This document shows positions 53,619 through 63,422 of a stretch of 64,000 nucleotides of DNA, one piece after another. Each line of letters begins with the position of its first letter. Within the stretch, counting starts at the first letter, position 1. Source of the DNA: Candidatus Binatia bacterium (lineage in GTDB: Bacteria; Desulfobacterota; Binatia; Bin18); assembly GCA_963664395.2 (NCBI GenBank), contig OY761159.2, positions 3,488,001 to 3,552,000 on the forward strand, read 5' to 3'. Position numbers and translations under genes: made by a program. The notes below the pieces were generated by a model. It was not told where the DNA came from. It searched no databases and saw only the letters and a program-made list of their open reading frames with translations.

Positions 53619-55097
53619 GTGAATATAACAAAGAGTGTGCAACGCCTCACCAGGGTTGACTATCTCGACGGTCTCGGGATAGCGGTTGGCACGCACGATA
53701 TCAGCTTGGTGCAGAGTACCAAGCGCTTCTTTCAGGTTGCGCTCAAAGAAGTCCGCACGATCCCCCTGCCGGAATTCTCCGAACGCCAGCCGGACCGGTT
53801 GGATCAGCCGGACCAGCCGAACCAGCCGAACCAGCCGGACCAGCTGGATCGGCCCGCCTTCGTGCGGCGTGCAGTCGCGGACTTTCTGAAAGACATCGGA
53901 ACAATCCCGGACCAGACAGTCCTGTGTCTTCCCCGCAAAGAGGCCAGCGTGAGCCGGCTCGTCGTGCCGGAAACCGCGCGCGACTCGCTGGAACAGGTCA
54001 TCCGCTATGAAGTGGAACGCCTGCTGCCCTTCCGTGAGGAGGAGATTTATTACGATTACCTGCTCACTGAGGAGGGAGGGGAAGAGCGGCGGCTGGGAGT
54101 CGTCATTTTTTGTCTGCCCCGCCAGACCGTCGATCCGCTGGTAGAACTCCTGGCCGAGCAAAACCTGCGCCCGCAGAGTGTCACCCTGAGCAGTGCGGGG
54201 CAAACCACAACCCTGCTCGCCTGTTGTCCGGCCGAGCACGGGCGGCAGATCCTTGCCGCCCGGGAAGACGGCAGCCTGGAGCTGAACTTTCTGAGTGAGC
54301 AGCAGCTTGTGGCAAGTCAAACAGTACCGGCCGGGCGGGTTGCCGAGGCCGACGCCTTGGCCGATATACTCGCCCGGAGTGTTGCCAGGAATTTCCCCGG
54401 CCGTGCCCCGGACACGACGCCGGTCTTTACCTGGGACGAGCAGGGGAGGCTGCCCCTCAGCGTGGAGCCGGACCGCGACCTGGTGCATTTGGCCCGAGAG
54501 CGGTTTCCGGTATTAGAGGCGGGCAGGTCGCTGTCTGTCTCCACCTGCGCCGCCATTGGAGCCGCCCTCCAGGCTGTGGGGGAGGGCGGAGAGGTCAATG
54601 TCCTGCCGGCTGAAAACCGGGCGCATCGGGAAAAACTGCTCACCCCCCTCACCGTAGTGTTTGTTGGCTGCATCCTGCTCTTCAGCCTTGTCTGGGCGAC
54701 TGGAATTGTGATCCAGGATCGCCGCACCCTCAACCATGTCCAAGACCGGATTCAGACCCTGGCCCCGGACGTGCACAGCGTCCAGGATCAGGAAGAAGAA
54801 GCGCACCGCCTCCAGGCACAACTCCAGACCCTGCGGTCCGAGACACGCATCCGGCTGACACCGCTCCTGGAGGATATATCCGAGCGCATCCCCCAGCAGG
54901 TCTACCTCACCGCGTTCCGTTTTAAGAATGGCCGCGTTGAACTCACGGGCGTTGCCAAGACGGGATCGGCCTCCGATCTGGTCGGGGTCCTTGAGGGGTC
55001 GCCCTGCCTTCAGAACGTTGCGCCAAAATCGCCATTCAAGAAAACGGGAGCGGGCGAAACCTTCACGCTGGGCGCACGGGTGCAGACATGCGGCTAG
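53619..55097 (+). CDS. GspL/PilM-PilN-like assembly protein
   Basis: ExxLPF..EIYYD, VNVLP before a TM helix, PilN-like C-terminus; position in the cluster. Confidence 0.75.
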   Translation: MNITKSVQRLTRVDYLDGLGIAVGTHDISLVQSTKRFFQVALKEVRTIPLPEFSERQPDRLDQPDQPNQPNQPDQLDRPAFVRRAVADFLKDIGTIPDQTVLCLPRKEASVSRLVVPETARDSLEQVIRYEVERLLPFREEEIYYDYLLTEEGGEERRLGVVIFCLPRQTVDPLVELLAEQNLRPQSVTLSSAGQTTTLLACCPAEHGRQILAAREDGSLELNFLSEQQLVASQTVPAGRVAEADALADILARSVARNFPGRAPDTTPVFTWDEQGRLPLSVEPDRDLVHLARERFPVLEAGRSLSVSTCAAIGAALQAVGEGGEVNVLPAENRAHREKLLTPLTVVFVGCILLFSLVWATGIVIQDRRTLNHVQDRIQTLAPDVHSVQDQEEEAHRLQAQLQTLRSETRIRLTPLLEDISERIPQQVYLTAFRFKNGRVELTGVAKTGSASDLVGVLEGSPCLQNVAPKSPFKKTGAGETFTLGARVQTCG

Positions 55098-55723
55098 CCG
55101 CAATTCGGGCCGCCTGGCAACGATTCTCTCCCCGAGAGCGCACCTTGGCCGGTCTCGCCCTGGGCGCGTTGGTCGTGGTTGGTCTCCGCTATGGTATTGT
55201 CACCCCATACCTGGCGTATACAACCCGGCTCGAAGAGATGATCGACCGGGACGTGCAGCGTATTGCAAAAATGCAACGCCAGTGGGACCGGGCTGAAGAA
55301 GTCCGGAAGCGCGCGCGCACCCTGGAGAGGCGCTTTGCTGCGGCCTATAAACAACTGATCCCAGGGGAAACTCCTACACTCGCTGCCGCCCAGCTCCAGG
55401 AACGGGTCCAAACCCTGGCCGGTCAAAGTGGGCTGACAGTGGTCACGACTCAGGTGCGGAAAGAGAAATCGCTCGGATCATTGCGCAAGACCGCAGTCCA
55501 AATGACTCTTCGGGGGGACACGCCCGCTATTGCAGATTTTCTTTCACGCGTTGAGTATGGGAAGTGGTTGCTGTCCGTGTCCCGTTTAGAGGTCGGCCGG
55601 GGTACTACCCGCCGGAGAAGAAGAAAGCGGGCGGCGGCGGCACGCCCCCCACTCACGATTACGCTTGAGGTAGAGGGCGTCATGCAGGGAGCGCGGGCGA
55701 CACAGACGGCGCGGGCGGAGTAA
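55088..55723 (+). CDS. GspM-like protein
   Basis: SPRER followed by a TM helix; AAAxLQ; follows the GspL-like gene. Confidence 0.75.
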   Translation: MRLAAIRAAWQRFSPRERTLAGLALGALVVVGLRYGIVTPYLAYTTRLEEMIDRDVQRIAKMQRQWDRAEEVRKRARTLERRFAAAYKQLIPGETPTLAAAQLQERVQTLAGQSGLTVVTTQVRKEKSLGSLRKTAVQMTLRGDTPAIADFLSRVEYGKWLLSVSRLEVGRGTTRRRRRKRAAAARPPLTITLEVEGVMQGARATQTARAE

Positions 55724-55732
55724 AACGCAGTC

Positions 55733-56563
55733 ATGCGGGTTCGACGATTTTTACATGCTATTCTGGCGGTCACGGCCCTATGCCTGGCCTGGCAAATTAT
55801 TGCGACCTGGAACCGGACTCCGCCCATTCCCGGCGTTTCGCCGAGCCCGACTCAAGAAGAGGCTGTGGCCCTCATTTCCCTGCCGGTCCGCTCTCCTCAG
55901 ACGGGACAACGTTTAGTCAAACAGATCACTGCCAAAGACCTGTTTTCGCCGGAACGCAAGCCGCGGGAGGTTGTCGTGCAAACCGCTCCGACAGCGCCTG
56001 TCGAACCGCCTTCTCATCTCAAGCTAGTCGGCGTCCTGCTGATACCGGGCCGGGAAGAAGCCTTTCTGGCGGACTCCAAACAGAAGAATAAAGTCACGCG
56101 GGTGCGGAAAGGGGAGTACATCGGCGAGTATTATCTCGCCACCCTGACCGCCGCGCACGCCACCCTCTCGCGTAGCTCGGACGGCGAAGAATTCGCCGTG
56201 CCGTTAACGCTGCTCGACAGTCAAAGCGCAAAGAAGCTCCCCCGGCTGACGCCCAAGAAAGCATCGGTCCGGAAAACGTCGGGACAAGCCCGGCAGGCTG
56301 GTCAGGCCGGTGGGGACGCCGCCCAACAAAAAGGCGAGGATGCGGGGCAGATTCGACAGAATATTCGACAATTGCAAAAACGACTGCGCCAGCTCCGGCG
56401 ACAGGCGGCGCGTGATCGTCAGCCCAAGTCAGAGCCAGAGGCCAAGCCAAGTCAGAGGAACGCTAACGAGTGCGAGAGGCATACATGCGGATATGGCAGA
56501 CACGGGAGAGGATGGTATGGACGAGGTGCCGGGCGGTTCTGCTCGCAGGTGTTTTCCTGCTGA
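55733..56563 (+). CDS. GspC/GspN-like protein (true stop probably 56466 if one base is missing near 56446)
   Basis: N-terminal TM, LFSPER, LxLVGV, V..GE.I motifs; directly before the secretin. Confidence 0.6.
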   Translation: MRVRRFLHAILAVTALCLAWQIIATWNRTPPIPGVSPSPTQEEAVALISLPVRSPQTGQRLVKQITAKDLFSPERKPREVVVQTAPTAPVEPPSHLKLVGVLLIPGREEAFLADSKQKNKVTRVRKGEYIGEYYLATLTAAHATLSRSSDGEEFAVPLTLLDSQSAKKLPRLTPKKASVRKTSGQARQAGQAGGDAAQQKGEDAGQIRQNIRQLQKRLRQLRRQAARDRQPKSEPEAKPSQRNANECERHTCGYGRHGRGWYGRGAGRFCSQVFSC

Positions 56564-58713
56564 GTTCTTTCCTGCCGGGCCTTCCAGCGTCGGGCCGTGC
56601 TCAGACCGCTCCACCGGATCAACTTGATCAACTTGATCAACTTGATCGGATTGATTCCGGTGATCCGGCTGAGGTAACTGACAGTGAGGAAATGACCGAC
56701 AGTGCTGAGGAGTGTGTCCCTGTTGGCGAGACGGAATTCATTGAGTTCAACTTTGAAGGGGCCGACATTCGAGAAGTGATCCAGGGGATGGCCGCCGGGC
56801 TGTGCATTCACTATTCGATTGATCCTCGGGTGCAGGGAACGGTGACCATTCGGACGGCGAGCAAAATCAGTGGCCAGGATCTGTTCCCGCTGTTCCATCA
56901 GATCCTGCGTATCAATGGGATAGCCGCGGTGAAGGCCGGCGAAATCTACCATATTGCTCCGGTTGGAGAGGCAAAAACCAGGGTGCTGCTCATGCAGGAA
57001 AACACCCAGCGGTACGAAGCCTCCGCGCAGGACGAGTTCGTTATTGAACTGGTCAAGGTAGAGCATGTTGCGGTACAGAAAATCGTTGAAATCCTGCAAC
57101 CCTTTGTCTCGCCCGGTGGCGGGGCGGTCGCGTACGCGCGTGGCAATCTGATCATCCTGACGGACCTGGCGTCGAACGTGGTGCGCCTCCGAGACCTGAT
57201 CGCGACTTTTGATACCGATACGTTCCGGGAACTCCGCGCCCAGATATACCGGATTGAGCATGCCAATATCGAAGATATCGGCAAGGAGCTGGCCGCGATC
57301 CTCGAGCCCTACGGTGTGACGGTACAGAACATGGAAGAACGCGGGGTATATATTATTCCGCTCACTCGGCTGGACGCTATCGTCGTCATTGGCTTTAATG
57401 ACGAGATTTTCAGTCAGATTGAGAAATGGATCAAAGTCCTTGACGTCCCACCCGAAAAAGGCGGCAGTCGCGTAGTCCAGGTCTATTCGGTCGAGAATAC
57501 CAAGGCCGCCGACCTGGCCGGGGTGCTGGGTAATTTATACGGCGGCGGCGGAGGCCGAAGCAGCAGCGGGCGTGACCGGAAGAACGAGAATCGCCAGAAT
57601 GAATCGGGGGAGGGGCTGGGCCGCAGCGGTGGGCTCGGGGGGCGAGGGTCACGAGGGGGCGGAACCCAGAGTCTCCTGATCGATCCCAAAGAAGACGAGA
57701 ACCTGATATTCAAGGAAGAAGTCAGAATTGTCGCGGACGAGATCTCGAACTCACTCATTATTCTCGCCACCCCCCGCGATTACGACAGAATCCGGGACGT
57801 GCTGGTCCGCATCGACGTGGTTCCGCGGCAGGTGCTGATTGAAGCCATCATTGCGGAGATAACGCTCAATGACGACTTGCAGTTCGGGCTCGAATACGCC
57901 TTTGCCAGCGGGGGCTTGAAGAACCTGTTCGGCTCCGTAGGAGGGGGCGGCTCAAGTGGCATTGGGGTCGGAGAAGAAGGGGGTCTGAGCATCGGCAATA
58001 GTGCGCTGCTCCAGTCCGGAGCAAAGCGGGCGGTCAATATCGGCAAGAATGGGCTTTTTTCTTTTATCACCGACCAGGAGCATTTTCTGGCCCTGATACA
58101 CGCCGTCCACGCCCGCTCCAAGGTGAATATCCTGGCGACGCCGCATGTGATTGCCGCAGATAATCGTGAGGCGCATATCCTGATCGGTGAAGAGGTGCCG
58201 ATTCTGACCTCCACCCAACAGAGCACCCTGGCCAGCGCGAACATTGTGTCCAGCATCCAATATCGTGATACCGGCACGATCCTGACCATCCTGCCCCAGG
58301 TCAACTCGGCCGGGCTGGTGAATATGGAGATTCGCCAGGAAGTCAGCAACGTCGGGGTGACCTCGTTTGGCGATACCAACTCGCCCAGCTTCACTTCGCG
58401 TGAAACAGAAACAACCGTCGTCGTGCGCGACCGCGAGTCTGTCCTGATTGGCGGCATTATTGACGAACGGGTCGAGCGTTCCCGCAACGGCATTCCTTTT
58501 CTGATGGACGTACCGGTCCTGGGCCGCCTCTTCCGGGTCGAACAGGACAAACGGGAACGGACCGAACTGATCATTCTCATTACGCCCTACGTCATTCGAG
58601 ACCGGAACGAAGCACAAGCTGTGACTCAGGAGTTTACGAATCGGGTCGGCCGACTCCGAAAAATGATTGAAGGCGCCCGCCAGACCCAGCAGCCCGGCGC
58701 CGGCAAGAAGTAG
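56485..58713 (+). CDS. gspD: Type II secretion secretin D
   Basis: FNFEGADI, IDPRVQGTVT, QVLIEAxIxE, GGII, PFLxDxPVLGxLF, RTELIILITP. Confidence 0.95.
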   Translation: MRIWQTRERMVWTRCRAVLLAGVFLLSSFLPGLPASGRAQTAPPDQLDQLDQLDRIDSGDPAEVTDSEEMTDSAEECVPVGETEFIEFNFEGADIREVIQGMAAGLCIHYSIDPRVQGTVTIRTASKISGQDLFPLFHQILRINGIAAVKAGEIYHIAPVGEAKTRVLLMQENTQRYEASAQDEFVIELVKVEHVAVQKIVEILQPFVSPGGGAVAYARGNLIILTDLASNVVRLRDLIATFDTDTFRELRAQIYRIEHANIEDIGKELAAILEPYGVTVQNMEERGVYIIPLTRLDAIVVIGFNDEIFSQIEKWIKVLDVPPEKGGSRVVQVYSVENTKAADLAGVLGNLYGGGGGRSSSGRDRKNENRQNESGEGLGRSGGLGGRGSRGGGTQSLLIDPKEDENLIFKEEVRIVADEISNSLIILATPRDYDRIRDVLVRIDVVPRQVLIEAIIAEITLNDDLQFGLEYAFASGGLKNLFGSVGGGGSSGIGVGEEGGLSIGNSALLQSGAKRAVNIGKNGLFSFITDQEHFLALIHAVHARSKVNILATPHVIAADNREAHILIGEEVPILTSTQQSTLASANIVSSIQYRDTGTILTILPQVNSAGLVNMEIRQEVSNVGVTSFGDTNSPSFTSRETETTVVVRDRESVLIGGIIDERVERSRNGIPFLMDVPVLGRLFRVEQDKRERTELIILITPYVIRDRNEAQAVTQEFTNRVGRLRKMIEGARQTQQPGAGKK

Positions 58714-58728
58714 AATCAGCCTTACACA

Positions 58729-59640
58729 TCCCCTCCTTGGAGGGAAAGAGGAAACGTGTCCTCAACAGAGTAGGCAGATGTTGACACGTTTCCTCTTTGT
58801 GCCGCGTGAGCGGCGGGGTGGGTTTCTTCTGGGTTTCTTCTCTGGGGGGAAGCTAAGACAAAAGAGGCAGGGGGCAACCCACCCCGGCCCTTCGGGCCAC
58901 CCCTCCAAGGAGGGGAGCAGAGATTATGAAGCGGAAGATCGTGCCGTATAACCCGCGATTGAAGGAACTCGCTCGGCAACTTCGGAAGCAGATGACGCGG
59001 GCGGAGGCTCTGTTGTGGCAACAGCTCAAGGCACGGCAGATGGAGGGCTGTGACTTTGACCGACAGCGCCCTATCGATGAGTATATCGTGGACTTTTTTA
59101 GTAAGGACCTCATGCTGGCCATTGAGATTGATGGAGTAACACACGATACCGAAGCTGGACAGAAAAACGATCAGCGGAGGCAGAAACGCCTGGAAGCTCT
59201 GGGTGTCCGATTTTTGCGCTTTCAGGATGAGGAGGTCAAGCAGAATCTGGAAGGAGTGTTGACGGTCATTCGGGGGTGGATCGGGAAGAATAAACCCACC
59301 CCTCCGAGGAGCTAAGACAAAGGGGCAACCCACCCCGGCCTACGGCCACCCCTCCAAGGAGGGGAGCAGAACACATCCCCTCTCGGTCAAGGCTCTCACT
59401 ATCACCATAAGTGACATTTTTATCCCCTCCTCGGAGGGGTGGCCCGCAGGGCCGGGGTGGGTTCCTGGCACGCCCTCACGAGGAAACCCACCCCGCCGCT
59501 ACGCGGCACCCCTCCTGGGAGGGGATGGTGAAGGGAGCGCTACGCGGCACCCCTCCTGGGAGGGGATGGTGAAGGGAGCGCTGCGCGGCACCCCCTTCGA
59601 CTGGGCTCAGGACAGGCCCCCAAGAGGGGATGGTGAAGGG
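58729..59640. repeat. Cluster of REP-like double hairpins around the DUF559 gene, including direct repeats 58851-58921/59310-59370 and a 41-bp tandem
   Basis: About 7 copies of CCCACCCCG..ACCCCTCC..GGAGGGGA in both orientations. Confidence 0.9.
58926..59315 (+). CDS. DUF559 (Vsr-like PD-(D/E)XK) endonuclease-domain protein
   Basis: ARxLRKxMTxAExxLW, FxRQxPI..YIVDF, IEIDG..H, D..R...L...GxxxLRF. Confidence 0.92.
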   Translation: MKRKIVPYNPRLKELARQLRKQMTRAEALLWQQLKARQMEGCDFDRQRPIDEYIVDFFSKDLMLAIEIDGVTHDTEAGQKNDQRRQKRLEALGVRFLRFQDEEVKQNLEGVLTVIRGWIGKNKPTPPRS

Positions 59641-59692
59641 GGATGCGGGTGACTGCTTGACAACCGAAACCGGGTTTGAACTAATACGCCAC

Positions 59693-60001
59693 ATGGCCGC
59701 CGCCGAAGACACAAGCTGGGAATACACGTTAGGCCGCATTGATGAGCGGACCGAGAACCTGGAGAAGCGCGTTGATGAACGGTTCGAGAACCTGGAGAAG
59801 CGCATTGATGAACGGTTCGAGAACCTGGAGAAGCGCATTGACGAGCGGTTCGAGCATGTGGAACAGCGTCTTGGACGTGTGGAGTTTGATGTGAAGGGTA
59901 TTCAGAAGACGATTGACGAGAAGATGCTCAACAAGACAACCTTCTTCACGTTTACCAGCGTTGGCGCCGGTCTCCTGGCCGCGATGATCGCGCTGAAGTA
60001 G
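59693..60001 (+). CDS. Small coiled-coil protein with a C-terminal TM helix
   Basis: 33-bp repeats encoding IDERFENLEKR; hydrophobic C-terminus; TTGACA at 59657. Confidence 0.7.
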   Translation: MAAAEDTSWEYTLGRIDERTENLEKRVDERFENLEKRIDERFENLEKRIDERFEHVEQRLGRVEFDVKGIQKTIDEKMLNKTTFFTFTSVGAGLLAAMIALK

Positions 60002-60101
60002 CTGTTGTGAAACACTCCTGACTCAAGCCAACCCCTTTGCTATTGACACCTTTTCCAAGAGTACACTATAGTAATTTCATAATGCGCAAGGCTTTACGGG
60101 A

Positions 60102-60578
60102 GTGGGAAACGAGCACGTGGTGATGGAAAAGTCCGGACGCTACCAGCCAGCCATACGCGGCATCGTGGGGGGAGTTGTCCTAGTAGCAGCCCTGGCCGCA
60201 TTCCTTGGGTCGAGTCAGTCCGAAGCCGGGATTAAACAACGGGCCACGGCGTTCTGGGAAGCCCGTATCCAGGGTGACGACTTGACAGCCTATCAATACG
60301 AAACCTATGCCCACACCGGAGAGCTGACCGCCACGCAATATATCCAGGCCCTGTCGCCGATGCTGAAATACATGGCTTACACCATCGACACCATCCAGGA
60401 GCAGGAAAACGAAGCCTCGGTCACGGTCAATGTGCGATGCCGGATAGACATTCCGGGCATGCTTGACGTGCCCTTATCTATGCCGATAAAGGAGCGTTGG
60501 GTGCGTCTTGACGATAGCCAGTGGTACCGCAACGTCAAACCCGAAAAGCTCGGCAAGGCCGCCCGTCGGCAGGGCTGA
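60102..60578 (+). CDS. Exported hypothetical protein (T2SS-adjacent)
   Basis: N-terminal hydrophobic segment; RAxxFWxAxxxGDxxxAYxY and ExW...W motifs. Confidence 0.7.
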   Translation: MGNEHVVMEKSGRYQPAIRGIVGGVVLVAALAAFLGSSQSEAGIKQRATAFWEARIQGDDLTAYQYETYAHTGELTATQYIQALSPMLKYMAYTIDTIQEQENEASVTVNVRCRIDIPGMLDVPLSMPIKERWVRLDDSQWYRNVKPEKLGKAARRQG

Positions 60579-60586
60579 ATGTTTGC

Positions 60587-60615
60587 TTGACAGGGTATGG
60601 GATATTCACTATGGT
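60587..60615 (+). promoter_or_regulatory. Sigma70-like promoter with a ~190-nt 5' UTR
   Basis: TTGACA-17 nt-TATGGT. Confidence 0.6.
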
Positions 60616-60809
60616 GCTCAGCAATCACGCCACACGGGGAAAATCGAAAGGCAATATTGATGTTCGGGCCGGACCGGAAAGGGCCATATGAAGGAGGCGA
60701 GGTATTGGCGAACACTAACGAAAACAAGTCCCCGGTGCCAGGTGGATATATGAGCAACACGACACATAAAACAGAAGAAAGAAGTTTTCAGGAAGAAAGG
60801 AGAGACGTG

Positions 60810-62338
60810 ATGAAGATGAATAAAATGTTTACGGGCCTAATCGCGTTGGTGGCGGGCGTTGCCCTCTCGGCGGGGAGTGCCTTTGCAACCAAGGGTTACT
60901 ACCATAGGTGACCCGGCCAGGATGAAACTGGTCCCTTATTATGAGACCGGAGAGCTCGCTGACCGCGATTGTCAATGTCCAGAACCTGTCGCCGCAAGAG
61001 GCCACTACTGCGGCTCTGCAATGGCTGTTACGGCTGCTCAGGCTGCATTGGATGCTCTTAATGATATGGAGTTGAGCCTGACCATGCAGATACAATGCGG
61101 GCTGATGCTGAGATGGCCCTTGCGGATGCTATGGATGCGCTTTACACCGAACACCTCTTCGTTGTCGTGAATGTCCACGACGCAATGGGTATGATGATGG
61201 AGGATGCGTCAGAGAACTGTGTCTGGCAGAGAACCAGTTCGGATATGTCATTCTCACGGGGTTTGAGATGATGCATGGCGGAGATATCCCCAACCGCAGC
61301 GCTTGGTGCTCTCGATGGGCTGGTGACATCCCCGCATACGGCTATGTGAAGTCATGGCGGAGGGTCAGAAATGGTACGGCTGCGAGGGCCGCCCCGGCGA
61401 CCTGACGGATGGAGGCAGGTTACTGAGCCAGATTGCTGAGTAGCGGATTGTAGGCACTGAGTCCATTTGGCCAGCTCGCCGCCTGGACCATGTCCAGGAC
61501 ACTGGCACTGGTGCTTCTTCGGGACGGAAGTGATCGACCCTGCTCGATGGACCATTCTCCAGGACGTTGGGAGTGGTTTCTTCGGGACGGAATTGCATGC
61601 CCGACTGGCCTGCTATACAATTACAATGATGGCGGATGAGATGCTGAGCCACTCGATGATGCTACTGCCTGCCCGAATGATGCTACCGCTAAGTGTGACC
61701 CAGCAATATGACAATAGGAATCCGACTTCATGATCCGGTGCGGCTTGATTCCCGAACGGCATGATAACAGGGGCGATCTACCAATGCATGCGACGGTACT
61801 GGGACTGACTATGCCGCTGTCTGATGATGCGAGGCAACCACTCCTCGACTCCATGGTCATGCCATCGCCCGGTACGATACTGGGGCTGATGATTCCATGT
61901 CTTTGTGTGGTTGGCAACAGGCCACGACGATGAGGATGCCCCATGCGAGCGATGTCCCGGCCCGCTTGCGTAATCGTGATGCGAAGACGGGACGATGGCA
62001 TGATTCCAGGGGACCATGTATCGCCGGGTGATGATGGCCCATCGCAAGTCCCCGCCCCGACCATAAGGTCACCATGATAGACCCGATGGTGATGCTGGGT
62101 CATGTACACCGACATGTGATGCGGGCGACCGCGGTGTGCTGCGAATCACGATGCCGGATGGCAGCCACGCCGGCATGGTGTGGACCCATATCTCTCAGAT
62201 GAATGGAACAACTTCCGCATGAACTTCCCTGGGTACAACATGGCCAATCCGATGCCTGATGAGATGGGTGTTGCTGACGTGAGGCTGATGGAAACTGAGG
62301 TGGCTGCGGCCGCCTGCATGGCCCGTAACTCATCGTAA
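60810..62338 (+). pseudogene. Secreted, possibly S-layer-like protein with many frameshifts
   Basis: AAGGAG RBS; Sec signal ending AFA; coherent peptides in alternating frames (MKLVPYYETG, YTEHLFVVVNV, CLAENQFGYVIL, WTILQDVGSGFFGTE); terminator follows. Confidence 0.6.
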
Positions 62339-62352
62339 CACGGCTCTAACAG

Positions 62353-62389
62353 AAGGAGGCAAGGGTTTCGGCCCTTGCCTCCTTTTTTT
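62353..62389 (+). terminator. Intrinsic terminator
   Basis: AAGGAGGCAAGGG-TTTCGG-CCCTTGCCTCCTT followed by T run. Confidence 0.85.
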
Positions 62390-62580
62390 GTGTGTGATTG
62401 TCGGGCAGGACGAGGAGAAGGGGGTATGCGATGACCGGCTATGAAGAACCGGCCATGCGTGCGGCCCTGGCCCTGGAAGCGGCCAACCAATCCAATTGGG
62501 CAGAGATTGCCGGCGTCATGCTCATATAAACTCCCCCCCCCCCCAGATATTTTCGATTAAAAGGCAGATAGATTCTCCAT

Positions 62581-62667
62581 CCCCTCTTGGGAGGGGTGCC
62601 GCGTAGCACCTGTCCTGAGCCGAGTCGAAGCCTGTCCTGAGCCCTAGTCGAAGGGGGGCGGGGTGGG
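62581..62667. repeat. REP-like element interrupted by two CCTGTCCTGAGC..GTCGAAG units
   Basis: Direct reading. Confidence 0.8.
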
Positions 62668-62781
62668 TTTCGTCATCTCGCACCACCGGGCTGTCTTCAC
62701 GTAAGCCCTCTAGCCCTTGACGCTGTTTTGTGCTCTGCTCTATTCTCAAATGCACAGAAGGAGAAAGGGAGGACGTACCGT

Positions 62782-63006
62782 ATGACCCGTAAACGACCTG
62801 ATGGCACGACGGAAGGAATGCGGGCGCTCAGTGTGTCGGAGGGGAGGGGTGAAGCAGAAGCAAAAAAAATAGGGCGGAAGGCCCCTGTGGATTCCACGGA
62901 AGACGATTACGATTACATGATTGGGCAGGCGTGCGTTCGGGATTTGAAAGCTGGGCGCACCCACATCGTTCCTGACGAAGAATGGTTGCTGCGATTGATG
63001 AGCTGA
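62782..63006 (+). CDS. Putative antitoxin; C-terminus possibly altered
   Basis: GGAGG RBS; TTGACG-18-TATTCT upstream; acidic EDDYD motif; precedes a RelE-like ORF. Confidence 0.5.
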   Translation: MTRKRPDGTTEGMRALSVSEGRGEAEAKKIGRKAPVDSTEDDYDYMIGQACVRDLKAGRTHIVPDEEWLLRLMS

Positions 63007-63176
63007 AGTCTCCTGACGTGAGTCATAAGAAGGTGAAGAAGCTCAAAGGGCGGAAGAAGGGAGAACCACCGATCTACCGAGTCCGTGCTGGAAATTATCG
63101 GGCGTTGTACACGGTTGATGAGAATGATGGCGTGACCATCCTGCATATCCGTCACAGAAGCGACGCCTACAAGTAG
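62982..63176 (+). pseudogene. RelE/ParE family toxin, N-terminally truncated
   Basis: KKLKG...YRVRAGNYRALY...IRHRSDAYK; only 64 aa. Confidence 0.7.
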
Positions 63177-63282
63177 AATACCAAAAGCCCGGTCACATGG
63201 CCGGGCTTTCTATCTCCACCACCTCCCATGGGCTAGGGTGGGCAGAAGCTACTAACATCACCCCTAACACGGCTCAGACACA

Positions 63283-63318
63283 CGGAGGCAAGGGTTGCGG
63301 CCCTTACCTCCTTTTTTT
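63283..63318 (+). terminator. Second copy of the 62353 terminator
   Basis: GGAGGCAAGGG-TTGCGG-CCCTTACCTCC followed by T run. Confidence 0.7.
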
Positions 63319-63422
63319 GTCCGCGATCAGACGCGTATTTTGCTGGCAATAAAGACTTGGTGGCGGAGGAGAAATGAAAAAGCCCGGCTGATTGGCCGGG
63401 CTACAATGTTCGCAATGCCTGT

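Noticed and set aside
59487-59640. Second CRISPR array in the 41-bp tandem
   Set aside because: Units are contiguous REP copies without unique spacers
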